A DNA stretch of 64,000 nucleotides from the human T2T-CHM13v2.0 reference genome, Homo sapiens, in assembly GCF_009914755.1 (NCBI RefSeq), contig NC_060940.1; one strand, 5' to 3'. Below are positions 1 to 17,572 of the stretch, piece after piece (the first letter of the stretch is position 1; each line of letters opens with the position of its first letter). Under the pieces are notes generated by a model that worked only from the letters and a program-made list of their open reading frames with translations, searched no databases and was not told the origin of the DNA. Position numbers and translations under genes: made by a program.

Positions 1-511
1 CCACTGCACCCCGCAAGAGGAGTATTCTTAGGGGAGCAGCTGTCTTCCTTTCCACCCTCGTCCCACTCTCCCTAACTGCTTTTTCAACTGGATCAGTAAG
101 GATTTAGTGTTAAACAATATTTGGATTCATTGTGGTGAAATAATCCAAATTGACCGTGCCAGGTGATGGAGACAAAGATATCTGCCATACTAATTTCCAA
201 ACTCTCCTGTAAGTGCAATATAGTGATTTTGAAAAACTCTCTCTCCTAATTGTGGGAAACAGTTTGGTGGATCCTTAAAACGTTAGTGGAATTACCGCAT
301 GTCCCTGTAATTCCACTTCTAGGTACACATCCAAAAGAACTGAAAGTAGAGACTCAAACAGGTAACTATGCACAAAGGTTGATGGCAACATGATCACAAT
401 CTCCAAAAGGTGGAAACAGCTCAGTATAAATGTCCATTATCTGAAGAATGGATTAACAAATTGTGGCATATCCATACAGTGGAACATGATTCAGCTATAA
501 AAGGAATGAGG

Positions 512-1743
<1,232 letters not shown>

Positions 1744-2067
1744 AAGGAGCCAGGCAAAAAGACTCTATTAAAAAAGAAGACCACATAAGAGATGATTCCG
1801 TTTCTGTGAAGCATTGGAGTAGGTAAATTCATAGAGACGCAATGTGGATCAGAGGTTGCCAGGGAGGAGGATGAAATGGGAAGAAATTGCTTAATGGGTA
1901 AGAGGTTTTGCTTTGGCGTGGTAGAAACGTTCTAGAACTGGATAGTAGTGATGGTTGCACAACATTTTGAACGTACTAAAGGCCACTGAATTGTTCACTT
2001 TCAAATGGTTAATTTTATGTGATATGAATCGTACCTCAGTACATGATTTTTAAAAAACCTTCAGTTT

Positions 2068-2374
2068 GGCGGGGCACGGTGGCTCACAGCTGTAATCCCA
2101 GCACTTTGAGAGGCTGAGGCGGGCGGATCACAAGGTCAGGAGATTGAGACCACCCTGGCTAACACAGTGAAACCCTGTCCCTACTAAAAATACAAAAAAA
2201 CTTAGCCGGGTGTGGTGGCATGTGCCTGTAGTCCTAGCTCCTTGGGAGGCTGAGGCAGGAGGATTGCTTCAACACGGGAGGCGGAGGTTGCAGTGAGCCG
2301 AGATCCCACCACTGTACTTCAGCCTGGGCGACAGAGCGAGACTCTGTCTCAAAAATAAAAACAAAGAAAAAAAA
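2068..2374 (+). mobile_element. Alu (AluY/Sc-like)
   Basis: Full dimer with A tail, inserted at the L1 A-rich end. Degenerate TSD aaaaaaccttcag/aaaaaactttcag. Confidence 0.92.
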
Positions 2375-2567
2375 CTTTCAGCTGTGCCTCCGCTCCCCAC
2401 CCGCTTCTCACTAGCCAAGTAAGCCTTTCGCTTAGTTCCATTGCTTCTACTGCTGGAAGCAACCTCTGCAACTTTGTGCTTTTAATTCTGGTGAGTACTC
2501 CTTTAAAGCTAAAGTGCTCATGATGCCTTTTAAAAGAAGACTGTAGATAGTAGATATACAGACCACC

Positions 2568-2873
2568 TTTTTTTTTTTTTTTTTTTTTTTTTTTATGAGA
2601 TGGAGTCTTGCTCTGTCACCCAGGCTGGAGTGCAGTGGCACCATGTCGGCTCACTGCAACCTCCGTCTCCTGGGTTCAAGTCATCCCCTGCCTCAGCCTC
2701 CCGAGTAGCTGGGATTACAGGTGCCTGCCACCATGCCCGGCTGATTTTTGTGTTTTTAGTAGAGATGGGATTTCACTGTGTTGGCCTGGTATCAAATTCC
2801 TGACCTGACGTGATCCGCCCACCTCGGCCTCCCAAAGTGTTGGTATGACAGGTGTGAGCCACCGTGCCCGCCC
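2568..2873 (-). mobile_element. Alu (AluS-like)
   Basis: Poly-T followed by an antisense dimer. TSD agaccacctttt. Confidence 0.93.
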
Positions 2874-5800
2874 TAGAGACCACCTTTTGATGCCTTGATA
2901 TGAAATGAGAACATATATGTGGAAAGGTATAAAATTAAGAGACACCCTCGACCCTCACCTGAGTTACTGCTCCTAATAAATTCACGCATACCTGAGTGCT
3001 GTGTTTTCTAGCCTTCTGTGAGTAGGACAGGCAGGGTAGGGATGCTCGGACTGTCTGTGGTCTCTGATTTAGTCACTTCGAGGCTGCTGGGGGAGTTCCT
3101 CTGGGGTGTCCATTCACTGTCCCCTGTCTGCCTCCATTAGATCCCATCTCAGGCCCCTTCCAACTCTACACTTCTGACATTCACTGATGTGGGTGGAATG
3201 CTGCTTTGTAAAAATGGCCGTGCAAATGTGTGCTAATTACCTTGACATTTCCAAGCTGCTTGGTGCTCAGAACTCATACTTTAGGACATGAGGCTCACAA
3301 TAGTGATCCACAGCGTGATCTCTTGGACCTGTGTGGTAAGAACCTCAGTTTACAGTGTTTAAAAATCAGATCTGTGTAAAAATGTGACTCCTGGCTTCTC
3401 TCAACAACTCAGGACTGGTGGCAGCCATGTCCCCGCATAGACAGTGGATTGGAGGCAGGGACTGCTCCTTAGCCGGGGTCCTCTCGTCCCACTGTACCCT
3501 GTGAGGACTTTGCTCCCTGGAGGCCCTGTCTGTATCCGCTTTTGGGATGCCTGCCTTAAGGATTCGTAGTACAAATCTTTATAAACGCTCACTGTGTGTG
3601 TTTGTGTTTGAGAGTGCGCACATGAACAAGAGAGAGAAAACCAAAAAATTACAAATCTGGAAAAGTTAATAAAGATCTAGAACCTTATCAAGATTTTGCA
3701 AGGGGTTTTTCTTCTGTACCTTGTGACTTTCTTCCATTTTCCATCCCATTCCCATGAGTGCCTCACATTTGTGTTTTCTGTTTTGAGATTATAATTATGT
3801 AGAAACCATAGTTCTAAAACTGGAAAGGGCCAGAATTTAATCACACTTTTGATTTTCCAAAAGAGGACAGAGAAAGACTGGGAGAACTGCCAGAGGCCAC
3901 ACCCTGGGAACTGGTGTGAGTCCTGAGGCTGTGCGCTGCCTCCCAGGAGCCGGGCTGGGCCTGGCACTGCCCGCTTGGGGGGACAGGCCTTCAAGCAAGC
4001 TGGACCAGGTGTGGGTCCTTGCCTGGCCACTTCCTGGCTGTGTGGCCTGAGGCAAGTCACTTCCCTTCTCCTGGTCTCTGTTGCCTCATTCAGACAGCAA
4101 GTGTAATCATGCTTGCTTCTCAGAAACCTTGTGAGAATTACATGAGATCGTGTATTTCAGGTGCCTCTCGCATTGCTGGGTGTGTATGAAACAGGCAGTG
4201 TGTGGTAACCACTGGCCATCTGAGCCCTGCGAAGGGGTCTTGGGACATTTTTTCCTCCTTTATCTTAACAAATTGAAAAGAATAGAAACTCTGGGTGGGC
4301 TAGGGGAGGAGGGTGGCAGGAGAGAGAAACAGAACGAAAAGTTAGAATGGGCCTGAGTAATTTAAAAGTTACATTTTAGAGCTCGATATAGTTTATCCTT
4401 TCTTTTGGAGATAAAAGGAAAGGGAGTGGGTAGGCAGACAAAGATATAAAAAGCAGGATGTTAAGTTTGAAAAATGATGATGTAGGTTAAGTCCATCCCT
4501 GTAGAGGAACATTCTTTATTTGTGCATGTGCCCTCATGAGCTCTGTCTTTAAAGATAGCTGAGTATGGGCCCCAGGGGAGTGTTTGTAAAGGCTCTTTGA
4601 GGTCTTTGGAAAAAGATGCTATATAAAGCCAGGGAGTTATTGCACAGATCTATGTATATATGTGAGAGAGTGTGTGTGCGCACACATGCGTCCACACGTC
4701 ACCCTGTCTAGTCATCGCAGTCAGCAGTCTCTTCCCTTTTTAATTTTGAAAAGGCAGTTGAAGATCAATGAGTCTCAGGATAATTCCCCCCCTGGGGGCC
4801 TTTAGTGGCTGAAGAAGAGACGCCTCTCACCCCTCCCTTGGTGTCACTGTTTCATTGCTTTATATAGCAGCCTCCGAGGCCGTAATCATTTGTGTGAATG
4901 GGCCTGTGCGTCATCTGGCTGTGTGTCTGTGTTTATGTTTGGGTCCCTGGGGACTGGAGGCTGGTCCCTGCTCCACTGTTGTTTTTGAAATTGAGCATTC
5001 ATGTGGTCACTGCCGAGAAAGGAGGGGAACGGTTTTGTAGGCTCGTCCTGTTTGAGGTCATGGTAATGATGTATGGGACCGTGTCCCCTCCTCCCCATGC
5101 CTGTCGCATTCCCGAGATGCATAATGGAAAAAGCTCAACGGGAGCCTGAATCTCTGTCACTGGGGCAAGAAATTACAGCTGTGAACCTGCTGGTTAGTGT
5201 TCTGTGCCGAGGCCTTGAACTTATGATTAACGTGGTTGACGTTTCTGTCCAGCTCATCCCATGCTCAGTTCCTGGAGCTGAGGGTGGCGTTTTAGCAGTG
5301 GGCGACTGTCAGTCATTCATTTGTTTATCAATTCACTTACGCATCTTACCTTTGATCATTCACCAGGTCTCACGTGTGTTCTGTGCTGGGCACTGGGGCC
5401 CCGGTACTCAAGTGACCCACAGGCTTGGGGGTGGGGCTTTGGTGGGCAGAGGTGCAGATGGGCACCTCTAGCCCAGGGGACAGTGTGCTTTCGTGGAGGT
5501 GCATATGAAGAGCAATGGGAATCACTGAACTCTACTTGGATTGTTTGGCTGTGAGGACACAGAACCCATGCCAATTTAGAACACAAGGGCACAGAACCCC
5601 ATAGGGGCTCCCCCAGAGCCTGGGAGCCGAGAGTCCTGCAGAAGCCAGCATGGCCATTTGTGCATGACTGCTTTATTCCCTGTGGCCATGCGGTCACTGC
5701 AGGTCGGCCCGCACTTCTCCCGCTGGCCCTTGGGTAGCCGCCTTGGCTGTGGTGGTGCAGCAGGAGACGAAGGCAGGAATGAGGAGTTCACTGAGTCACC

Positions 5801-6042
5801 TTAGGCTACAGGGCTCTGTAGTAGCGCTTGACATTTCCAACACCTGCCGCTTTGCCAGACTCGGCACTTTCTCTGTGGCTGAGTGGGCTTGCCTTGAAGG
5901 GCTTTGCTGGCTCCCCTTTTTGGTGGCCCTCTGCCTTGTGGCTGCATCTGCATTTGTCTCTGTCCAGGCCTCTGTACATGGCGACAGAGGAGCCACCAGC
6001 CAGGGGTCCTGGGCCCAGTTTAGGGTTTCATTTAAGGGTGGG

Positions 6043-6373
6043 TTTGTTTATTTATTCATTTATTGTTTATTTTTTGAGATGGAGTCTCACTCTGTTGCCA
6101 GGCTGGAATGCAGTGGCGCGATCTTGGCTCACTGCAACCTCCACCTCCCTGCAACCTCTGCCTCCCGGGTTCAAGTGATTCTCCTGCCTCAGCCTCCCGA
6201 GTACCCAGGACTACAGGCACGCACCATCACGCCTGGCTAATTTTTGTGTTTTTAGTAGAGACGGGATTTCACCATGTTGGCTGGGATGGTCTTCATCTCC
6301 TGACCTGAAGTGATCTGCCTGCCTCAGCCTCCCAAAGTGCTGGCATCACAGGCGTGAGCCACTGTGCCCGGCC
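6043..6373 (-). mobile_element. Alu with an internal 17-bp tandem duplication
   Basis: Antisense dimer; ctgcaacctccacctcc/ctgcaacctctgcctcc at 6132-6165. Confidence 0.92.
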
Positions 6374-7082
6374 AGGATGGGTTTATTAAACTGGTCTTTT
6401 GAGCACTTGGCTTTCGGCAAGTCACTATTTCAGTGTGTCTCCACAGTCACCGTGGTGGAGTGACTTGGAACTCTTTGCTCTTGGGCCAGATGCCTCTGTC
6501 GCCACCTTCCTTCGCGTCTCTTGTCAGCCTGTGGCACATCTGAACTTCTGGAAGACTCTACATGATGGGCTTGGTTTGAGTCAGTAGGTACCCTTGGTCT
6601 CACTGATTACAAGTGGGGTGGGTGGGACTGGAGGCCTGTGGAGGCTGAGTCTCTGAGCGGAGGCAAGAGTAAGACAGGGCAGGCCCACGGACTCCCACGA
6701 CTGCTATAGCCAGCAAGCCCCAGATGCTCAGAAAAGGCGCTCCCCAAGCAGAAGCTTGAAGGACAACCTGGAGTGAGGGAGGGGGCCAGGCCTTCCAGAC
6801 ACTGGGAAACAGCCTGTGCCAAGACACAGAGGCACGAGAGAAGGAGAGTGTGTTCAGTATGGTTGGAGTCTAACCAAGGGGGAGCAAAGGAGATGGGCAG
6901 AGGCTGGAGCGGCAGAGAGGACATGGGTCTGGAGCTCAGGAGAGGGCCTAGGTGGAGATGTGGGTGTGTGCAGGGTGGAAGCGGTGACTGAACCCTCGGC
7001 ATAGATATAGCCTTATATTCACATAGCACCACTGAGGCCGGGCTCCAACTTTTTCATTGCCTATCATCTCTGTTATTAATAA

Positions 7083-7383
<301 letters not shown>

Positions 7384-7399
7384 TAATTTTTAAAAAATT

Positions 7400-7710
7400 T
7401 TAACTATATGACAAAAATTGTATGTATTCAGGGCATACAACATGATGATTTGATGTATCTCTGTATTTCGTTATGACTACCACAATCAGATGAACATATA
7501 CGCCACCTCCCCGAGTGAACATTTTTTTGTGTTAATGTGTGTGATGAGGACACTCAAAGTCTGCTCTCTCTTCAGATTTCAAGTAAACAGTACCATAGTA
7601 TTGTTAGCCAGAGTCCCCGTTGCTGTCATGAGATCTGCAGAACTTACTCATCTTCTAACAGAAAATTATAAGAGGTACATTTTGGCCAACATCACCCATC
7701 TCTCTCACAT
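7400..7710 (-). mobile_element. L1 3' end fragment (L1MA-like)
   Basis: aaaaattgtatgtattc...tacaacatgatgatttgat...ctctctcttcagatttcaagta...agaacttactcatct resembles an antisense L1MA 3' terminus. Confidence 0.6.
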
Positions 7711-7717
7711 CCTCATG

Positions 7718-7808
7718 TACATACATATACATATACATCATATACATATATATCATATACATATACATCATATACATAATACATATATATCATATACATA
7801 TACATCTA
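7718..7808. repeat. (TACA/TATA/CAT)n low-complexity microsatellite
   Basis: Directly visible: tacatacatatacatatacatcatatacat... Confidence 0.9.
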
Positions 7809-8029
7809 TGCAGGGGAATAATATTCAGCCGTAAAAAGAGAAGGAGTCTGAGGCAGCAGTGGCCCTCCTGCTGTTCCGTTTCTCTCCGTCTGCAGTGTCC
7901 TGTGTGGGTACAGCCAGCGGCCCCAACTGATTGGCACAGTGTCACAGCTGCTGCAGAGCTGCCTTCAGCCCTGAATGAAGAAGGCTGAGAGTGGGGCATG
8001 GAGGGAAGAACTTGCGATGTTCTCCTAAG

Positions 8030-8180
8030 ATGGGCTGGCAAATGTTTTCTGGAAAGGGCTGGACAGTAGATATTTCAGGCTGTGTGGGCCCCATGGTCTC
8101 TGTCAAAACAACTCATCAAAGCAGACTTGAACAGTACAGAAGTGGGTGGGTGTGGCCGTGTTTGGGGAAAGCTTTACTGG
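8030..8180 (+). mobile_element. MER58A-like hAT-Charlie MITE fragment
   Basis: ggctggcaaatgttttctggaaagggc...atatttcaggctgtgtgggcc...atggtctctgtc. Confidence 0.6.
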
Positions 8181-8333
8181 TCCCTGCTTTATCCTATGAG
8201 GTTGGTGATACCAGCAACCTTTTCCAGTGGAAGGAGCTGAGAAGCAAGGATGATATCATTTGCTGGGATCTCAAACCGAAGTGTGAGGGACATGATATTC
8301 AAAGGTAGATCTGATTAGAAAACTGGTGTTCAA

Positions 8334-8714
<381 letters not shown>

Positions 8715-9862
8715 TTAGATGTGCCCTTGATGTGCAGATACTATAGCAAAATTATTATTTCCTTAGCGGAGTTGGTCTTTTGTTTCATGTTAAGAAAGAT
8801 GGCATATATGTTTGTTCAGATACTTATGTAGTTTTTATTGCTTCATTTCACATATTTAAACATTATTGTACCAGAAATGTATTTCAGTACATTACAGGAG
8901 CAGAGATTCATTGAAATCTGGTGTCTTACTTCCTAAATGGTTCCTTGCTCAGCTGCATTTGTGGATGAATCCATCCTGTCCACAGCATTTTCAATGCTGC
9001 TTTTTATCTTAGATCAGTTTCCATTGGTTGAAATTGACATTCCCCTGTGCTCTTGCCTGGTTTTGTGGTTCTGTCTTCTGAAGCCAAGCAAGGAACCAAT
9101 GTTGAGATGGATGGTTGTTTGCCTTTCAGCGGTAGGAGAGGGGACCCCGCAGCATGGCCAGGCTCTGCAGAGGCCACAGTGCAGGAGCGCTGCTCTGTTT
9201 CACTCGAAATGTGAGCTGTGGCAGGTCATAAAGAGGAAGGAAATCACAATGATAGAGACTAAACAAATCATGGGCTGCGCGGCTCAGGGGAGAGGAGAGA
9301 AAATTACATGTTCGGGAGCTCCTCTGCTCGTGTGTGTCACTCGTACTTGGCGAAGTATAATATTTACCTGATCTGTGGAAATCACCCCGATGTTACCTAC
9401 CAGCTTTACTGCCCAAAAAGAGTCACAAAACAGCCAATGAGGCAGCGAAAGTGAATGTGTGTTCAGGTTCAAGCCCGTTGAAAGAACATTTTGGGGGGCA
9501 TGCCAGCTCTCGGTCCCTTTCTTTCTTCTCCACCGTTAACCTGAACATGATGTCATAGCTGTGTGGGGAAGGCGGAAGGTCTGACAGCTCGTCTTTCTAT
9601 GATGGATTTTTAAAAGATTCCCACTACCAGAGTACTGCTTTGGCTGCACTTGTGATATCAGTCATTTTGATGTTGATAAAAACACAGGTGCCTCGTCCAA
9701 GAGGCTGGAGATGCACGGTGTATGGGACCTGGGAGGGTAGGGAAGGGTGAGGCTAGGGTGATACAGTGGATCGGGTCGGCATCCATCGTCCTCTGTTTCT
9801 CACAGGTGGTTGCTATGCAGTGATTTGGGCTCCTGCAAGGGGGGCTTGTGGCTGAGATCTCT

Positions 9863-9866
<4 letters not shown>

Positions 9867-9900
<34 letters not shown>

Positions 9901-10014
9901 AGATGAGGTCTCACTATGTCGACCAGGCTGGTCCTGAACTCCTGGGCTCAAATGAACTCCCACCTTGGTCTCCCACAGTGTTGGGACTGCAAGCATGAGC
10001 CACCGTGCCCGGCC
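9867..10014 (-). mobile_element. Alu monomer (FLAM-like) with a long poly-T
   Basis: About 33 T followed by a single antisense left arm ending ...gagccaccgtgcccggcc. Confidence 0.85.
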
Positions 10015-10499
10015 TACATCTCTTAAGGCTACTTGAGGCAGTACTTGCCAGGCAAGCATTGCTGTCTCTCAAACTTCCTGGGAAACAGTTTTTTCCTCCT
10101 AGAATTTCCTCCTGGAATATAACATTTTCAGCTATGAGGTCTGAGTAGCAGCACTGGGGACCCCCTTCTCCCATGCCTGCAAGGCCCAGAACCCAGATAC
10201 CTGCTCTTCCAAATGCCACATCGCTGTCTGGGGCTGATTTCCCATATTGCCGGTGGTGATCTTGTTTCACACTTCAGAAAATTCTACTATCTAGTCTGCT
10301 GCTCTAGGGCATAGATCATTTAAAAAATCTTTTTTATTTCTCAAGGTTGAGGTATACAGGAGCTCAGTAAATCCCCTAACTCTTGAAAATATGCCCAGTT
10401 TAACCCACTTGGGCTTGTGAACCATACGGCTACCTTATCTCCATCTTCCTATCTTCTGCTGTTGCATTTCTGCAAAGACTTGTAGTGATACTGATCAGT

Positions 10500-10720
10500 A
10501 GTACTTGCTAAATGCTATTCTGTGCTGGGCACCATTCCTAAGCATCTCACTTACATATTGTCTTACTGAATTCTTACAACACTTCTAGGAGATAGTAACT
10601 GTTAAGATCTCATTTTATAGATAAGGGAGGTGGTGCTCAGAGGGGGTTGCTAACTTGCCCGAGCTGCAGAGGCAGGATTTGAACCTGGGACCTGACTTCA
10701 GAGACTGTGCTCTAAAATCC
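10500..10720 (-). mobile_element. MIR-like SINE
   Basis: ctcattttatagataagg...gctcagagggggttgctaacttgccc...ggcaggatttgaacc core. Confidence 0.6.
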
Positions 10721-10890
10721 AGGACCCTGATCAGCCGAGTCTCTTAGACTGTTATAGGAGTTATTTTTGAAAGGGAAAAGGGAACTTATCTAGACAAGTC
10801 ATCCTTAATAGCATATAATCCAGAGAGGTGAGGGCATGCTGTAACAGGCAAGACCTGCCAATTAATCTTGACTTTGTTTTCTTCCCTTAG

Positions 10891-10954
10891 GTGAACTGCG
10901 CCAGGCCACTGTGGCCATGATGAACAGGAAGGATGAGCTGGAGGAGGAGAACAG
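10891..10954 (+). CDS. SNX29: SNX29 internal coding exon, 64 nt, (S)ELRQATVAMMNRKDELEEEN(R), coiled-coil region
   Basis: Pyrimidine tract and acceptor ctttgttttcttcccttAG, donor CAG|gtaccg. Structure 2+60+2 nt, joining the next exon in frame (AG|A = Arg). Confidence 0.93.
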
Positions 10955-11288
10955 GTACCGTGATTTTCAGGCTTGAGGAATAGCCTCTTTCTTTGACATT
11001 CTGCCTCTGGGGAAGACAGAATATAACAGATGAGGGACATTTTGCTTTCTTGGCAAAAATTGTGACTGGCTATTTCTTATCGTCAGGGATATGCCACTGT
11101 GGTATCTCTCTTTACTGTGGTATCTCTCTTTTGCCTGATATGTAAGAAAGAAGTGAGAACCTTATGATAATGGCACCTTCATAGAACAAGCTAAGAATTT
11201 GGTAGAGTGATCATTAATTCTTTTTTAAAAAACAGCCTTTATTGATATTTAATTCACATACACTATAATTCACTCATTTAAAGTGTAT

Positions 11289-11573
<285 letters not shown>

Positions 11574-11676
11574 TTACTATATTCACAGGAGTTAACATCA
11601 ACACAGTCAATTTTAGAACATTTCATCACCCCCGAAAGAAGTCCTATACCCTTTAATTATCACCTCCTTAGCCTAG

Positions 11677-11978
<302 letters not shown>

Positions 11979-12666
11979 TCTAGGCAGCTGTTAGTCATCA
12001 TTAATCAAAGGCCTGTCTATCTACCATGTTGCAGGCATCTGAGCACTTATCTTAAAGTTTGCCCAAATCAGGGATACTTAGGGCAAGATGAAATTCTGGC
12101 TCCCATCTGACTTATCTTGACTGTGGGGTGGTCATAGAGGGCTTACCTGCAGTTACCCCCTGAACTTCTGCAAGCATGATTCAACTGCCTCCCTGGGACG
12201 TGGGGAGAGGGGGGTGTGTGTTCACGTCACCCTTTCTTACTCACACGCTCTTTTACACACAGTCATGATTCTCCTTCAAACCTCATTTTTGGTCCTGCTT
12301 GACAAGCTTCTCTCTTGTCCTTTCTGGAAACATATAAAAGCAAACAAACATGATTTCTAAAACAAAAGAGGATGTCTTCAAAAGGAATCTTTAGACCGCA
12401 CCATTTTCCAAGTAGAATAAACTTTCAATAGAGGGCTTGCGCCATTGAGGGATTCTTTGTCCATGCTCCAGCTGGGGCTGTTATCTTGGAAGAAGCCATA
12501 GATTTTGTCTTACCTTGTGAAGAACAATAGTCACTGTCTGTTACTTTTTTGTACTTCCCAGAAAGAAAAGAAAAATTATACCATGTTTTTGTCAGGGAGC
12601 CCCAGGCCCCAAGAGGGGAATTTCCTCAAAGCTCTCAAGGAACACAAGTCTTGGAGATTTCAGTGA

Positions 12667-13009
<343 letters not shown>

Positions 13010-13887
13010 TTGTTTTTGCTTATATCCTGATGTCACGTGGCAAGTGTCCTCTGGATTTAGTATGTAGATGTACCATGGTTGGTAATTGTTTTCCAGAAAC
13101 AGCCAGGTAGAATGAAGTAAATGGTTAGCAGCACCATGGTTGGCTCTCTCCTAGGCGGTCACTGGTGATGGTTTCTAGAAGACCTGCTGTCTTCTCCTTT
13201 ATTTAAGACCAGGGATGACAAATACACAGGTGAATCCTGTGCTGGCTGCCAGCCCCCTGTTGGAGGGTTAACAAACTTGGGAATGTAAAATGCTATCTCT
13301 GCTATCTCAGATGCTTTAGTGATATAAGATATTTTTTATATATGCTTGTTTCACCTGAAGTTGGCAATGAAACAGGCTCATAGTGTGTTTTATAGGCACA
13401 GGTGGAAATGAGACTAGACGTTTATGAGATAATCTGAGTATATATTCTATTTTTATGCCTCAGATTATTGTTTTGGCCTCTCCTGGCATCCTTTCCTTGG
13501 TTAAATCTCTGACCTGGTGTAGCTGTGACAAAATGGTCTCATTGTAATGTGCTACACCTTTGAGTGGGGTATCTGTAAAGGGACTTGGCTGGAATTTGCT
13601 CACCTCATTGTTTTCCCTTGATTTAAGCTGTCAGAAGGCTGGCCTGCTCGCAGGCAATCAGGGACATGGAGCCCAGGCCATAGATGACTGTCCCTTAATT
13701 CTTACTCTAAGGCTATCAATTAGAGTTTGCTATCTCCAGTTCACATGAGATAGACTTGAATTATGGTTTATGCAGAGCCTTGTGGAAAACGCATGGCTTA
13801 GGACTTGACTTATGTTAGGAACTGTGTCCTGGGCTCAGTGGGGTCTGGGTTGACAGCTTCTGAACAGATGGGTCCCTCTCTTCCCAG

Positions 13888-14016
13888 ATCACTGCGAAAC
13901 CTGCTCGACGGTGAGATGGAGCACTCAGCCGCGCTCCGGCAAGAGGTGGACACCTTGAAAAGGAAGGTGGCTGAACAGGAGGAGCGGCAGGGCATGAAGG
14001 TCCAGGCGCTGGCCAG
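13888..14016 (+). CDS. SNX29: SNX29 internal coding exon, 129 nt, (R)[42 protein letters not shown](R)
   Basis: Acceptor ccctctcttcccAG, donor CAG|gtagga. Symmetric phase 2-2 exon, seen as the C-terminal part of ORF 13805..14020. Confidence 0.95.
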
Positions 14017-14080
14017 GTAGGAGAGGGTGAGGGATGGAGAGGTAAGCACGTGGGGGCTTCATTAAAACCTGAGCATACTG

Positions 14081-14433
<353 letters not shown>

Positions 14434-14452
14434 TTAGTTAAAAAAAAAAAAA

Positions 14453-15560
<1,108 letters not shown>

Positions 15561-16294
15561 GTTTATATACTATTAAAGAAAGCTGCAAAGTAAACCACCC
15601 CAGATCCCAACTTACATGCATCTTTACTGAATTTGTTCATATACTAACATTTTTCTTTAACTATACATGTAATCTATGCCTGTGATTGTTTAGTCTACCT
15701 TCTAGCACTGCTTAGGAGTGCAAAAGCAGCTTTTATTGTTTCCATATAGGCCTCATGTTAACCATTTTTATGTACCTGGATGTGGTATTTGATTGAGTGA
15801 ACCCGCCATATTAAATTGCCCATTCCAGATTGGAATGATGAATTTAATATGGTCAATTTAGCATTCAGGTTGTTTCCAGTTTGTCCTCATTTTAGGAAAG
15901 ATAAGCAGTTTATTGCTTGTTCTGTAAATCTACTTTAAAATAAGACCACGAGATAAACACGTCTTGTGGATGTGCAAGGGAGCCCAGAGTTAAGTCAGTT
16001 TATAGCAGCAGCATTTACCTCTCTGTGCTGTTAGATGCTGTGAATGGCTCTAATGTAATTGTTTTGTATGTCTTATTGAATGTTGGCGCTATGATCCTAT
16101 GTTGGATTTCCAATCTTTGAGCTTTTCCCCTTTCGTCACATTTTAAAATGATAGCTCAAGAGCATCAAAGACAGTTTAATGACTGTTATAAATAGTGTAA
16201 AATGTGCCTAGTTCGGCATTTTCTCACCTGGACCACCCTTTTGCCTGGCCATGCTAGAGTTTTGCCGCATAATTGCATTTAATGTTCACAATAA

Positions 16295-16808
<514 letters not shown>

Positions 16809-17537
16809 TGAAGGGGCTGAATGAGGAGGAAAAGATGTGAGGGTGCATATGGCAGTGGACATGAGTGAGGCGTCTTAAGTGTATTCCACAGGAAGCGTGT
16901 TTTAGTGCATGACAATTGTTGGGAAAATTTTATCCCATAGATGGGGTAGATAAAATCAATGTCCTAACCAGGCAGTTTTATAATCCCTATTTAAGCAGTG
17001 GGTTGCTAAGAGTTTAAGGTGTCTGAAAGTTTGCAGTCTGTACGCAGAAGGAACAGATATCTGTAAAACAGACCAGTATTTCAAAAGGAAAAACTAGAAG
17101 CAGGGAAACCGATCAGCTGGGTATGTAAGTTTTGAAAAATTCCATTGCTGACATGTTCCAGATAGAGTTAACCTCTGCCAGTGGTCAGAACTTTCTTCTT
17201 GCTTCTGGCCAGAGTAAAAGCAACTGTCAGTGTTGGCTGACAGTGGCTTGCTCGGGCAGTTGTTGCCTGGGGGTGGGGATGCCGTAGCTGCTGGGGCACA
17301 GGGCAGGGCAGTGGAGTGTCGCAGGCTGGAAGGTGAGGCTCATTGCGCCGGCGCCATGCTTTCCTCAGGTGTGTGTGTGTTTAGGTGCAGGTTTCACAGT
17401 GCAGGTGGATACAGCTAGGGCTTTATGGTCCAGGTGCCTGCCTTGTACTGACGGGGTCAGACCATGGCTCTCCTGCTTACTAGTTGTGTGACCTTGGATG
17501 AATTACTTAACTTCTCTGTTTCTGTTTCCTTAGTGTG

Positions 17538-17538
<1 letters not shown>

Positions 17539-17572
<34 letters not shown>

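Noticed and set aside
7490-7834. His/Ile-rich ORF (HIHIHHIH)
   Set aside because: Translation of an L1 fragment plus a (TACA/CAT)n microsatellite.
13805-13887. N-terminal part of ORF 13805..14020 (MTYVRNCVLG...)
   Set aside because: It lies upstream of the splice acceptor at 13886-13887 and is intronic; only 13888-14016 is coding.
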